From a virus, in the IMG/VR virus record IMGVR_UViG_3300028374_000796: a DNA stretch of 64,000 nucleotides, one strand, 5' to 3'. Below, piece by piece: positions 17,789 to 28,231 of the stretch (position 1 is the stretch's first letter; each line of letters begins with the position of its first letter). Position numbers and translations under genes: made by a program. The notes beneath the pieces are model-generated. The model had not been told where the DNA came from and did not search any database. It worked only from the letters and a program-made list of their open reading frames with translations.

Positions 17789-18850
17789 TTAGAAAGGGCA
17801 GTTCTCTTCTGAAAGGCGTCGGGTAGCTATTCTTTTAGCTATCCGGCGCTTTCTCTCTGAGGAGGAAACCCTCTGTCCAAAGAACTGTTGGAACCGTTCT
17901 TTCTGATCACGGTCCATATTTTTGCCTGTAACATAATGAGCAAATACTTCTGCAAAATCTTCTTCTGGATTAGTTCCACCATAGTCGGTTACAGGGTCAA
18001 CTTCACCTGTATTAAAATATGCTGCAAAAGCTACTCTATCATGACTGGACATAAATTTGAACCAATGTCGATGCCCCAATTCATGGATCATCGTCTCCAG
18101 AGTATGACGATTTGGTCCTCCACTAAATCTTACTACATCTTTGGTTGTAGAATAGTAAGCCCTACCAAACTCTAGGTGGGGTAACTGCTCATTACTGATA
18201 ATAGTTTCTCCATACCAGAGATGATCTAACCCTTTTCGGGACAACATTGCCCTTGCTTTATCAAGGATTTTTATATATTCCTTCCTGAATTCAGGGGACA
18301 GGGGTACTTCCTCATATTGATGTTGAACTTGGTGGGGGTTCCTTTCGGCTTTGTCATCGAATACTACTTTCATCCCCTTTAGGTCTACAGTAGTTGGGGT
18401 GGATGAGCCTAGGTCCAGTTTCTCTACCTTTTTAAGTTCCCTTTTGAGAGTAGCGAATATAATACGAGATAGAATTCTATCAACCTCAGACAGGTCTGCG
18501 TCAATCATATCTGAAAGGTCTTCCTTAGTTCTTCTACCACGAGCTACCATATCAGAAGCTAGGGCTAGACCTAGAAGAGCTTGTCCCGCTTCATGCAGAG
18601 ACTTTGTGATTTTATCCCGGAGTTTGATCTGTCCCCTCTCCGAATAAGGGCCTAGTATATACCAGAAACCTTTGTTAATAAGTAAATCTTCTTGCAACCT
18701 CATGAAATACTTAGAAGCATCCCTAGTTACTTCCTGGAGCTTTATTGGATCCGAGATCCGTTCGATCTGAGACTTGTGATATTTCCATGCCTTTTTGACA
18801 TCGGATATCCATTTCTCTGTGATTTTGGAGTCTGCTTTTTTGGGGAACAT
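17789..18850 (-). CDS. Zincin-type metallopeptidase domain protein
   Basis: IHELGH (HExxH) followed by YGGTNPEEDFAEVF; C-terminal RIAKRIATRR tag. Confidence 0.75.
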   Translation of the reverse strand: MFPKKADSKITEKWISDVKKAWKYHKSQIERISDPIKLQEVTRDASKYFMRLQEDLLINKGFWYILGPYSERGQIKLRDKITKSLHEAGQALLGLALASDMVARGRRTKEDLSDMIDADLSEVDRILSRIIFATLKRELKKVEKLDLGSSTPTTVDLKGMKVVFDDKAERNPHQVQHQYEEVPLSPEFRKEYIKILDKARAMLSRKGLDHLWYGETIISNEQLPHLEFGRAYYSTTKDVVRFSGGPNRHTLETMIHELGHRHWFKFMSSHDRVAFAAYFNTGEVDPVTDYGGTNPEEDFAEVFAHYVTGKNMDRDQKERFQQFFGQRVSSSERKRRIAKRIATRRLSEENCPF

Positions 18851-18860
18851 GGTTGGTTCC

Positions 18861-19292
18861 TTATGCCAATCGACGATCGATCATTTCAATCATTTTTAAA
18901 GAAATAGACATGAAAGAATCGATCTCTCGAAATTCCACTTTCCATCTCATGGTATCACCGTCTATCTCTGAGTGGAAATATAGAACAATTTTACCCTCTA
19001 CAAAATCGAGAGATACCGATACTCTGTCTACCAAACTATCCTGGTGACTAGCAATAAATTTATTAGTTCTACGATCCCAGCCCCCACCAACATTAGCATT
19101 CAGACCTTCTGAAGCATGGAAAAAAATCATAGTTCTAATTCTATGCTGCACCATTTCCAAAGTATTAGTAGGTTTTACTTGAAAATCTCCAGCAGACTTT
19201 TTCTCTATTTCTGCGATAACAGGACGAAGGTGATCTCTTAATTCAGGATTAGTTGATCCCAACTTGATGAGTTGATTTTTTAGGTTGGACAT
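18861..19292 (-). CDS. Hypothetical protein with N-terminal LKxQLIxLG tag
   Basis: MSNLKNQLIKLGSTNPELRDHLRPVI. Confidence 0.75.
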   Translation of the reverse strand: MSNLKNQLIKLGSTNPELRDHLRPVIAEIEKKSAGDFQVKPTNTLEMVQHRIRTMIFFHASEGLNANVGGGWDRRTNKFIASHQDSLVDRVSVSLDFVEGKIVLYFHSEIDGDTMRWKVEFREIDSFMSISLKMIEMIDRRLA

Positions 19293-19351
19293 TATTATAG
19301 CTCCTATAAATTTAGAAGGAATTATCAGCTATAACCCTCTATTTATAAAAA

Positions 19352-19630
19352 CTATATTATCTCTAACAAATATTGATCCTTAGTGAGGTCAAGAATAGCC
19401 CCAGATTCATCCTCCAACCACCAGTGTACAATCCCCTTAGGATCCCTAGCCCTTACGGGTCTCCAAGACGTATAAAAGCCCCCGAGAGCATGAAAAAGAG
19501 CTTCGGAGGCTATATAACAGTGCCCGAACATAGGGTTGTTTTTATTCTCTTCCCTATATTCAGGCTTTAAAAGATCGGGAGACAGAGCGTTTTGTATGAC
19601 ACTTATTAATTCTTCTGTCTCCTGATCTTC
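19352..19630 (-). pseudogene. ORF missed by the track, with a GHCY/HWW/DLT putative Cys-His-Asp triad and no canonical full-length start
   Basis: Manual translation: EDQETEELISVIQNALSPDLLKPEYREENKNNPMFGHCYIASEALFHALGG...VHWWLEDESGAILDLTKDQY; upstream GTG-AGT-TAA overlaps the groEL stop; internal ATG at 19531 gives 59 aa. Confidence 0.6.
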
Positions 19631-19635
19631 TTAAC

Positions 19636-21285
19636 TCACTGGTTGCTATCGTTATCTTCTTCCAGATCTTCGGTATCGGAATTGACTACCAAACAAGAAG
19701 CTGTAGCCAGTGTCGAAGCTACCGACACAGAGTTTCTAAGGACCTGCTCTACCACTAGAGTAGGATCAATTACTCCCGCTTCCAGAGCATCCCTAATCTC
19801 TCCAGTCCTTGCATCCATAATCAGGTTTGGCGCGGAACCATTCTTAATGGCTTCTTTATACCGATAGATAGCTCCATTGGGTTCAATGCCTGCATTCTTC
19901 ATGATCTGATAGAAAGGTTTTTCAAGAGCTTTAATCAGCGTCTCAAAACCTTTTCTTTCATCCATAGACTCCAGACCCAAATCTGTATCATCATCTTCCA
20001 GTAGAAAAGACAGGTAGTCTGCCACTTGAAGAAGAATGGAGCCGCCTCCAGGAACAATTCCACCCCTTACCGCAGCCTGAGTAGCGGATAGAGAATCTTC
20101 TACTCTAGACTTATACTCTTTCAACTCAAGTTCAGTGGCAGCACCAACTCGAATAACAGCGATTCCTCCACTAAGCTGAGACATCTGCTGCTGATAGAAC
20201 TCTTTATCATGCTCCGAACCCGCAGTCTGTGCTCGGGATCTAAGCTCCCTAATTTTAGCTTCCACAACATCACTTTCACCTGCACCACCAACGAGGGTAG
20301 TAGTGTCCTTAGTGATAGTAATAGAATCCGATCCTCCCAGCATATCAGAAGCTTGACGATTTTGGAGAGTATTACCTGTTTGGGGAGATACAACTTCTGC
20401 GCCACAAAGCGTTGCCAAATTCTCTAAAATCTGTGTTCTCTTTTCTCCAATTCTAGGAGCTTTTGCCATACATACAGTGATCTTCCGATTCAGATGATTC
20501 ATCAAACAGGTTTGAAAAGCTGTATCTTCCAGATCATGTGCGATGATCATAAGAGGGCGGTTAGTATTTACTGCCAACTCAAGGGCAGGCAATATATCCT
20601 GATCTGTTTTGAGTCTTTCATCTGCGAGCAACACCAACGGATTATCTAAAGTAATCGAAGTGGCTTCAGGATCAAGAATGAAATCCGGGGATAAATAACC
20701 CCTATCTAACTGCATACCCTCGGAAAACTCCAAATATGTTTCTAGTGAGTGATTTTCCTCTACGGAAATAACTCCATCTTTCCCTACCATTTCCATGGCT
20801 TCTGCAATAAGTTCACCAAGTGCTTGGTCTCCATTCCCTGCCAAGGCTGCTACTTTGGTGATCTCATCTAGGGAGTCTACGGGAACTGAAAAATCCTGTA
20901 CAAACCCCAGGGAATGCTTTAGAGCCTCATCTAATCCTCTTTTAAGGAAAACGGGATGAATGCCCCCCGCTATGGCTCTACGGGCTTCGCTAAAAATAGC
21001 CTGTGCCATAACCATAGAAGAGGTGGTACCGTCTCCAGCTTCCTCTGCGGTCTTAATAGAGGCGGCTTTCATTGACTCTGCCCCCAGACTTCTCATATCA
21101 TCAAATTCGACTTCTCGGGCTACCGACACACCGTCTTTGGTGATCTGTGGGGAGCCAAAATGTTTGCTCATTGTAACATTTCGACCTCTAGGTCCCAAAG
21201 TTACTTTTACTGCATTTGCGATTGCGTCCACTCCACTTTGAAGACGTTTTAGTGCTTCATCTTTAAAATACATCTTTTTCGACAT
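19636..21285 (-). CDS. groEL: Phage-encoded group I chaperonin
   Basis: AVKVTLGPRGRNV, ITKDGVSVA, AGDGTTS, GMQLDRGYLSP, GGIVPGGG, GVIDP. Confidence 0.95.
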   Translation of the reverse strand: MSKKMYFKDEALKRLQSGVDAIANAVKVTLGPRGRNVTMSKHFGSPQITKDGVSVAREVEFDDMRSLGAESMKAASIKTAEEAGDGTTSSMVMAQAIFSEARRAIAGGIHPVFLKRGLDEALKHSLGFVQDFSVPVDSLDEITKVAALAGNGDQALGELIAEAMEMVGKDGVISVEENHSLETYLEFSEGMQLDRGYLSPDFILDPEATSITLDNPLVLLADERLKTDQDILPALELAVNTNRPLMIIAHDLEDTAFQTCLMNHLNRKITVCMAKAPRIGEKRTQILENLATLCGAEVVSPQTGNTLQNRQASDMLGGSDSITITKDTTTLVGGAGESDVVEAKIRELRSRAQTAGSEHDKEFYQQQMSQLSGGIAVIRVGAATELELKEYKSRVEDSLSATQAAVRGGIVPGGGSILLQVADYLSFLLEDDDTDLGLESMDERKGFETLIKALEKPFYQIMKNAGIEPNGAIYRYKEAIKNGSAPNLIMDARTGEIRDALEAGVIDPTLVVEQVLRNSVSVASTLATASCLVVNSDTEDLEEDNDSNQ

Positions 21286-21322
21286 TATGAATCTCCTCTG
21301 TTATTAAATTACTTCAGTAACC

Positions 21323-22126
21323 CTACCAATGGAAAGGTAATCCCTTTCCTTTTATTCCAATCTTAAGGTCTTCATCTTCACATTCAATCTCAAAATCTTT
21401 ATCAAGAACAGACTTGGGAGCCGCCCAATAAAATATCTGTGATTCATCCTTGGGAGTCCCCAGAAACTCCATATTTATATTGGGTGAGGTTCCGCGTTTT
21501 CCAGACCATGCTTCCTGCAAATCTCGAACTGCTTTACCTACTTTACAGGAATAACGATCTCTAAATTTCTTTAATCGTGAGAAAGTAGAAGTTGGCTGCA
21601 ACAACGTTAAGGGACCTCCCTCAAAGAGAGCTTTTTCTACTACATCCAGGTCCACTTTTGATCCTATATAAAACTGTTCACCATCATATCCAAATTGACA
21701 GATGTCAAGGTCAAAGAATTCAATTAATTCCTGTGGGGTATTAGAATGATTTTTATATAGGAACTGATAGGGTATTCCGTCTTTCTCTATACGGGCATCT
21801 AACAATTTGACCGTACAGTGTTGTTTCTCCAGTTCTGGAAACCTACTAAGTTCTTGCTTCGTAATAACATTTTCAGTTATTGGAAATGAATACTCCAGAA
21901 GAGAAACCGCCTCATTGACGACTTTCACGACCTCATCTGTAGTGAGATCCTTGTTATTCTCAGGAAGGATATACATATCAAAATCATTAGGGCCTTCAAG
22001 GTCAAAAGCTAAATCTCTAATCGCACCTCCCCCTACCACAATAGTCACGTCTAGTGAAAGGGCGGAAAGGATTTCAGTGACTTTTTGATGAGCTTCTTCT
22101 ACCAGAAAAAATTTGTCGTTATCCAT
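21323..22126 (-). CDS. Class II nucleotidyltransferase (CCA/poly(A) polymerase head domain)
   Basis: VVGGGAIRDL, NDFDMYI, FFDLDICQ. Confidence 0.75.
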   Translation of the reverse strand: MDNDKFFLVEEAHQKVTEILSALSLDVTIVVGGGAIRDLAFDLEGPNDFDMYILPENNKDLTTDEVVKVVNEAVSLLEYSFPITENVITKQELSRFPELEKQHCTVKLLDARIEKDGIPYQFLYKNHSNTPQELIEFFDLDICQFGYDGEQFYIGSKVDLDVVEKALFEGGPLTLLQPTSTFSRLKKFRDRYSCKVGKAVRDLQEAWSGKRGTSPNINMEFLGTPKDESQIFYWAAPKSVLDKDFEIECEDEDLKIGIKGKGLPFHW

Positions 22127-22190
22127 GTAATTTCATTTCGTTAGGTTAGGTTCATTATCAAAACATTTCAGGAATTTGTATTCTTCCTGA

Positions 22191-22997
22191 TTAGTCGGGA
22201 AGATCCACAATTACAAAATCATCTTTACCATTACCATTAATCTTATTTACGCACCGCCAATAGGTACCATCTTCATTTCCGCTCATAGACCGATGATAAT
22301 GTCCAAAGTACCAACGAGAAGGTCTGACATACTGTTTCACGGCTTCCAAGAATTTCCTATTTCCATCGATGATCTCAATGCCGGTGCTAGTACAAGCCAC
22401 CGATACATCAAAGGATCCAGGGCAATCATGGCTTATGACGGTATGGATATTTTCAGGACCATATTCTTCAATGGCGTTGAAAACTCTTTCCTGATCCATA
22501 TAGGAAATATTTTCTTCAGGGAACCAATCAATACCCCTCATAGAAGTATTTGGTCCAACACTTTTAGCACCTCCGATATAAAGGATGCCGTCCTCTATGG
22601 TGCCTCTCGATTTGTATTCCCATTGTTCAAGACATTCCTGCCATCCCTCCAAATTAGGCATGTTTTTAGATTCCAACCCCCAATTTGGTTCGTCTAATCG
22701 AAGCAAAATTTCATGATCTTCATGGTTTCCATCAACCCATACAGTTTTGTGTGGGAATTTACGGGTCCAAGGTTTATTCTTTCGGGCTCTGGGCCAAAAT
22801 CCAAAGTCTCCGGGAATGATTAAAATATCAAGGGTTAGTCCCGTATGAACCTGCATGATGGAATTATAATGAGCTTCAGCCTTCTCAAACCTGGCGTGGA
22901 TATCTCCAATAATTAGGGCTTTCATAATTACTCCTGAATTTGGCATTTCCTTTAGGTGATAGGAATTACCAAGTGGAAAAGGTATATCATATACCAT
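22191..22997 (-). CDS. Calcineurin-like metallophosphoesterase
   Basis: GDIHA, PGDFG, DGNHED, SHDCP, FGHYH. Confidence 0.88.
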   Translation of the reverse strand: MVYDIPFPLGNSYHLKEMPNSGVIMKALIIGDIHARFEKAEAHYNSIMQVHTGLTLDILIIPGDFGFWPRARKNKPWTRKFPHKTVWVDGNHEDHEILLRLDEPNWGLESKNMPNLEGWQECLEQWEYKSRGTIEDGILYIGGAKSVGPNTSMRGIDWFPEENISYMDQERVFNAIEEYGPENIHTVISHDCPGSFDVSVACTSTGIEIIDGNRKFLEAVKQYVRPSRWYFGHYHRSMSGNEDGTYWRCVNKINGNGKDDFVIVDLPD

Positions 22998-23004
22998 AGA
23001 AAAG

Positions 23005-23262
23005 TCAAGTGTTCAAACTGTTATAGATTTTCCAGGCAGAAGACCATGTTTCTTTTCTAATAATTTATCCTGCTCCCACTTCAGTTATAGGAAAATTCTC
23101 AGCTAGTTTTCGGTAGGTCAAACCCTCAGTTTCCCGAAGAACTATAACCCAGAGAACTTGGTCTACAGTCATACTAGTTCTAGGGCTATTCTCTCCTCTA
23201 GTCTTATACTTTTTCCCCGATTTTTTGTTAAAAATTTCGTGAATACCTGAATTCTTTTTCAT
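23005..23262 (-). pseudogene. Decayed GIY-YIG/NUMOD-HTH homing endonuclease remnant
   Basis: MKKNSGIHEIFNKKSGKKY (GIY-like start) joined to RGENSPRTSMTVDQV...GLTYRKLA (HTH); in-frame TAA at 23065 followed by IIRKETW. Confidence 0.6.
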
Positions 23263-23355
23263 ACTAAACACCTTAACATAAAACAGACAAAAAGGAAACC
23301 CCCTGTGATAATCACAAGGGGCTTTCATTAAACACTCAACTTATATGGAATATTC

Positions 23356-26300
23356 TTATTGGGTTCCCGAACTAATGGAGAACTGAAGACGGACATAGAG
23401 TAATGGGAAGACCGGTGAGTAAAAAGCCTCAACCCTCAACATCGTAGGATCATTTGGATCCGGTTCTGCGGAAACTCCCTGGAAAGTCGCGATAATATTA
23501 CTCTCTACCAGTGAGTTAAGAAGTCCCGTCATCGCCAACTCAACATTTTGAGCTTCGGAGGCCAAGAATTTCAGACCAATAAAGGAATCCAAAGTAGCTC
23601 TAGACTGCTGCTGTACAAAATGCTTAATGGCAATGACAGAAGGAGTCTTAGTAAGGATGGAATCCAGATTGGTGGTTAGACCATGACGAACTTCTAAGAA
23701 AGGCACACGGTCCTGAATGACAGTAACACCGGAGGTAGCAAGCAAGTTCTTCTCGGTTTCGTCGATAGACCTATTGAGTCGGTCGAAACCAACGATCTGT
23801 CTACGAGTCCAAGGAGTTGCAACATCATTTGCAGGGGATACCATCTTACCTGCCAGGGCTGCTGCGATGAACGTACCATCTACAATGAAAGACTGTTGTT
23901 GTCCCACTTCATCCGTCAGACTCATAATAGCAGAGTCAGGATAAAGTAGCATAGCCAATTCAGAGTTTAGGCTTCTTGCCAATTCTCTTGCATCCTGAGG
24001 TCGGGTTCCTGATGCCACGCCAAAGATAGCTCTTCTCTCCTTACGGTTACGAGGGGAGCTTTGAATCTCACAGTGCTTAGTAACCGCTGCCATGACCTGT
24101 GGGTCTGTAGACAGAGGAACAATAATATCAGGGGAAATACCCGGCTCAATATCGGTTTTAAGACGATCCAGAGTATCAATATATGCCTGAGAAGGTGCTG
24201 TTGTAGTTCCTGGAGTTCTGACTACCTGTTGTGTTGCCACAATGGAAGCACCATTAAGAAGGGCCAAATAAGAAGCCAAACTTAATGCGTTTTCAGGGCC
24301 AAGTTCTCCATAATTAGCTTGAACTTCTCGGAATCGAGTAAAGAGACGAGGCTCAAAATCCGATTTCTGATAGTCATAAGAGATATAGTAGAAATATCCG
24401 ATACCAGGCTCAACACCACTCTTATCAAATGTCTCGATAATAGCAGTATCATTTACAGCAACGTCAGTGAGAGATGCAATTCTCATCTCAACACCATCGA
24501 CAGCTCTATTTGTGAGAGAAGAACCTACAATCATGTCTCTTTCAACACGAAGGGTAAAGGTTTCTCCATTCACATAGCCAGATACTTCTGATTCAAAGAC
24601 AGTGAATCGGAGTCCTGTAGTTGCGTCCGTATATGTTTGACCAACGATTCCGGTTCCAGTAGAACCTTCGGTTCGGTCAGAAGATACGTCAAAACCATCA
24701 AGGCCATCTACACCTTGAGCGCTGTCTCCAATCTCAATTCCAATGCCGGTATCGTTAAAGACCGTATTAGGAGTAGATTCAAAGGCTACAGAAACTCCTT
24801 CTCCGGTATTGAATGAGGTGATTTTTACAAAATCCCCAATACCGGGAGTAGTGTCTACTTCAGCATAGAGTGTATTAAGGAACTCTCCAGTAGTTTCAGT
24901 GAAGATATTATCTGTAGCAGGAACTCCATTAGTCCAATCATATGCAGTAGAATCATTAAGGACCGCCACTACATCAGAAGAAGTAGGTCGTCTCTGACCT
25001 GCTGCATCCCCTGCACTGAAACCAAGGTACTGATTAGCCATTCCATTTCCAATTTCGATAGCAGAGTTAACTGAGGTGTCTAGGGAAGTAATACGAATTT
25101 TACCGCTCTCCTCTATGGTAGTAGCTACAGCACTCAGGACATTGTCAATAGCAGTAACAATATCTGCAACATTATTAACTGTGGCAAAATCAGCGCCATC
25201 GACGATATAATTAGAACCATCAACCAAAATCTCAAAATCAAGTTCTTGTGCTGCAAGGTTAGAAACCATACCTGCTGTGATAGCCTCAGAAAGTAGGGTA
25301 GCGCCTTTATTAACTGCGCTTACTGCTCCAGTAGCACTAGCTAGGTCTGCGAACCCAAGAGTTTCGTTAGCATTTCCAGTAAGAACTCTAACGGAAGACT
25401 CATCAGCAGGACCAGAAGGAACCGTGGTGGATCTAAGGAGAAGGTAAGAAGCTCCTGCGCCTTCCCAAAACCATGCAACATCACTACCAACTGCGGTGTT
25501 GATATCGGAAATAATATCGATCATAGATTGAGTAGCACCAGCGCTCAACGTAACTTCATAATTAGTTCCGTCTACCCTCAAACCGAGCGTGTCATTTTCG
25601 CCAGGTATGACATTAAAAGTAACTCCATCATCATGAGAATCGGAAAATAACATGGCAGCTCCAGACCCAGAAAGGTCTACATCTACCGACGTATTAGTTA
25701 CCGAAGCTACATCATCGTTAACTAATAGACCAAAAGAGTCAGAAGTTCCCGAGAAAATATCGTAAGGACCTGCTTCCCCGTTTGTGAAAGAAGCTGGAAC
25801 CGCACCGACTTCGGTAAAAGTAACCGTTACTTCTTCACGGACTCCATTAGAGCCTGTAATGAAAGCATCCGGTCTTGACTCTACACCAGAAGGCCACTGA
25901 ACCGTCTCAGTGCTATCTGTACCGACCCAACGAACATTAAGCTTGTCTTGCCCAGTTCTTTGAGAAGAAACACGGACACGACCTGACTGAGTACGTCTAA
26001 CAGTATAGGTATCATCCTGTAGACGATTATAGTAATAGGTAGCAAATACCTGGTGTCCGAAAGGAATCACATCCTTTACTGTGACCTGTCTGGAATCAGA
26101 GTTGACTTTAACAACCTCAACCGCACCATTTTGAATCGCCAGTAATACCGAGGGTCCGTGATAAATCTGAACATTGCGAACATCCGACGTTGGATTATCC
26201 CGTCCCGAACCATCGGTAGGAATCTGAGACAATACGACGGTACGAGTAGAAGGCTGAGAAGGTGTTAAAGAAGTATCCGTAAGACGGTCTATTTCTTCCA

Positions 26301-27558
26301 GATAAATTCGATTGTCTGCCAACTGAGCAGTAATCTGATTTTCACCAAAAGCTTCATTTCCAGCAGAAGGAGTAAACTCCCCAGTCTGAACTGTAGCAGC
26401 GGATCCCCAGAGGATAGTATCGTTTTTGAGGATATAATCCTGACCTTGAACATAGTCATTACGATCAGGGCTATCTCCTAGACGATCAATTTCAACAAGA
26501 TCCCTATTAGGAAGATAGTCGAAAGTATTCTGGAAAGTGTTGTGATAGTATTCTACCAGAACAGTAGAACCGACAACGGGAGGCTCGCTCAAAGTGACGG
26601 TACGATTAGCACCGTCTACTTCGGAAGGAGTCACTTGTTGCCCGTCAACATAAACCCTTACATTTTGAGGGTCAGTAGTAGTAACACCGCCATTCGTGCC
26701 ATCAACGATAGGACCATAATAAGTATGGAAATCTCTATTGCGATCTGTTTGCTGTCCTGCGGAAAATCCAAAAAGAGGAAGCGCAGAAGATTCTAGTATC
26801 TGCAAGGATCCATCTGCCTGCAATTGCAAACGCATGTTCCCTTGATTGTCAAGGTCAATGCTGGCTGTTAGTCCGGGGATCTGTTCCACGTTAATAAAAG
26901 AAGCGATGTCAGAAGCGCTTTGATCTCCAATATTCAATGTGATAAGATGATCTGTGCCATTGACACGGAGTCTCAATTCATTGGTTCCTGAAGTTACATC
27001 ATAGTTTTCTGCAATAGGAGCTTTCAGGATAGTAGCTTCGTCCGTTACTTGATCAGAAAGATCGTCGGTACGGAAAGTATCAGTTCTATTGAACGAATAC
27101 GTTACTTTGAGAGTAGAGCCTTCCGCAGGAGGAATTTGGAGAGATATAATCCCTCTTGCCCCGTCAACTGCAGCAACAACTACCTGAACACCATCGAGGG
27201 TAACATCTACGTCTTGGGGTCTATTCGTGGTCAAACCACGGCCATCCCCAACAACGATGGGTAAGTTTTCTACCTGAAACCTAGTAGCCATTCCATCGGC
27301 TTCTCCTAGAACAGGATTATCAATATTAGTATCATCCAGGATAAATCGAGCAGAAACATCTTCGTTTCTGATTTCCTGGTCAATAGAAGAGGAAGACCCG
27401 CGAACTAATTCATAGTCCACCTGACTCAGTGTCTCCTTTCCTACTCCAATGAAGATAGGAATTTGAAGACCACTAGGAGGCCCCGTGACTTGTGTCGCAC
27501 GGCGGGTTGAAGAATAAGGTGCTGGAGGAGCGTATGAAGTGAAAGGTCCGTTTGCCAT
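23356..27558 (-). CDS. Contractile tail sheath protein with large inserted domains
   Basis: C-terminal sheath fold (PDIIVPLST, ERRAIFG, VRHGLTT, EPDPNDPT..RVEAFYSPVFPL); 1400 aa with internal repeats. Confidence 0.85.
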   Translation of the reverse strand: MANGPFTSYAPPAPYSSTRRATQVTGPPSGLQIPIFIGVGKETLSQVDYELVRGSSSSIDQEIRNEDVSARFILDDTNIDNPVLGEADGMATRFQVENLPIVVGDGRGLTTNRPQDVDVTLDGVQVVVAAVDGARGIISLQIPPAEGSTLKVTYSFNRTDTFRTDDLSDQVTDEATILKAPIAENYDVTSGTNELRLRVNGTDHLITLNIGDQSASDIASFINVEQIPGLTASIDLDNQGNMRLQLQADGSLQILESSALPLFGFSAGQQTDRNRDFHTYYGPIVDGTNGGVTTTDPQNVRVYVDGQQVTPSEVDGANRTVTLSEPPVVGSTVLVEYYHNTFQNTFDYLPNRDLVEIDRLGDSPDRNDYVQGQDYILKNDTILWGSAATVQTGEFTPSAGNEAFGENQITAQLADNRIYLEEIDRLTDTSLTPSQPSTRTVVLSQIPTDGSGRDNPTSDVRNVQIYHGPSVLLAIQNGAVEVVKVNSDSRQVTVKDVIPFGHQVFATYYYNRLQDDTYTVRRTQSGRVRVSSQRTGQDKLNVRWVGTDSTETVQWPSGVESRPDAFITGSNGVREEVTVTFTEVGAVPASFTNGEAGPYDIFSGTSDSFGLLVNDDVASVTNTSVDVDLSGSGAAMLFSDSHDDGVTFNVIPGENDTLGLRVDGTNYEVTLSAGATQSMIDIISDINTAVGSDVAWFWEGAGASYLLLRSTTVPSGPADESSVRVLTGNANETLGFADLASATGAVSAVNKGATLLSEAITAGMVSNLAAQELDFEILVDGSNYIVDGADFATVNNVADIVTAIDNVLSAVATTIEESGKIRITSLDTSVNSAIEIGNGMANQYLGFSAGDAAGQRRPTSSDVVAVLNDSTAYDWTNGVPATDNIFTETTGEFLNTLYAEVDTTPGIGDFVKITSFNTGEGVSVAFESTPNTVFNDTGIGIEIGDSAQGVDGLDGFDVSSDRTEGSTGTGIVGQTYTDATTGLRFTVFESEVSGYVNGETFTLRVERDMIVGSSLTNRAVDGVEMRIASLTDVAVNDTAIIETFDKSGVEPGIGYFYYISYDYQKSDFEPRLFTRFREVQANYGELGPENALSLASYLALLNGASIVATQQVVRTPGTTTAPSQAYIDTLDRLKTDIEPGISPDIIVPLSTDPQVMAAVTKHCEIQSSPRNRKERRAIFGVASGTRPQDARELARSLNSELAMLLYPDSAIMSLTDEVGQQQSFIVDGTFIAAALAGKMVSPANDVATPWTRRQIVGFDRLNRSIDETEKNLLATSGVTVIQDRVPFLEVRHGLTTNLDSILTKTPSVIAIKHFVQQQSRATLDSFIGLKFLASEAQNVELAMTGLLNSLVESNIIATFQGVSAEPDPNDPTMLRVEAFYSPVFPLLYVRLQFSISSGTQ

Positions 27559-27630
27559 TTGTCACATCCGTTCTGAATTAATCTGAAAAGCGGAGGAGAT
27601 CTCGTCTCGTTAAGAGACGCTATCGAATCA

Positions 27631-28146
27631 TTATTGATTTCCGTTGCTATTTTGCTTCTGTTTTTTCCTGTTCCGATAGCGAGAGTAAGGGTCGTCATCA
27701 GAGAATTTTGAAATTCCTTGTTCCTGTCTTTCCTGCTTATGCTCTTTATAAATAGAAGCATACTCAGAATGTAATTGTTGAAAGCTTCCCACTTCCTGAT
27801 CCTTCATAGCTTCATATTCGCCGGTATGAGGATTTTTTTTCAAAGGAACCTGTCCTTCCTCCCCATGATCCCTTTGAACTTTACGCTTATTGGAATTTCT
27901 ATCTTTGACAGCTTCCCAACGACGAGCAGCATCTCTGCCAACTCCTTTGTCTACTGAGGAATCCAAAGAATCGACTCCAGTGTTTCCAGGAGTCTTTCCA
28001 GAACCGAAAACAAATCCAAAAGAGGAAAGTTCTTTTGAAGAAATAGCTCCACATGAAAGACATTCATGAGTCTTTACGTTCTTCTCATGAATTAATTTCT
28101 CGAAGCATAGTCCACATTCAGGACATTTGAATTCATACATCGGCAT
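27631..28146 (-). CDS. FmdB-family zinc-ribbon protein
   Basis: MPMYEFKCPECG...CLSCG. Confidence 0.8.
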   Translation of the reverse strand: MPMYEFKCPECGLCFEKLIHEKNVKTHECLSCGAISSKELSSFGFVFGSGKTPGNTGVDSLDSSVDKGVGRDAARRWEAVKDRNSNKRKVQRDHGEEGQVPLKKNPHTGEYEAMKDQEVGSFQQLHSEYASIYKEHKQERQEQGISKFSDDDPYSRYRNRKKQKQNSNGNQ

Positions 28147-28231
28147 ATTAAGATTCCTTTGTTATTTTATGAGGGATAGTACAGTCCCCCTCTTATGACA
28201 CTAACCCATCCTAAAAAAAGATTAGCGAATT

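Noticed and set aside
21323-22126. Possible cGAS/DncV-like cyclase forming a CBASS with the patatin
   Set aside because: The motifs (GGxxRD, DxD, FDxxIC) are those of class II CCA/poly(A) NTases rather than the GS-based CD-NTase signature, and it lies 5 kb from the patatin.
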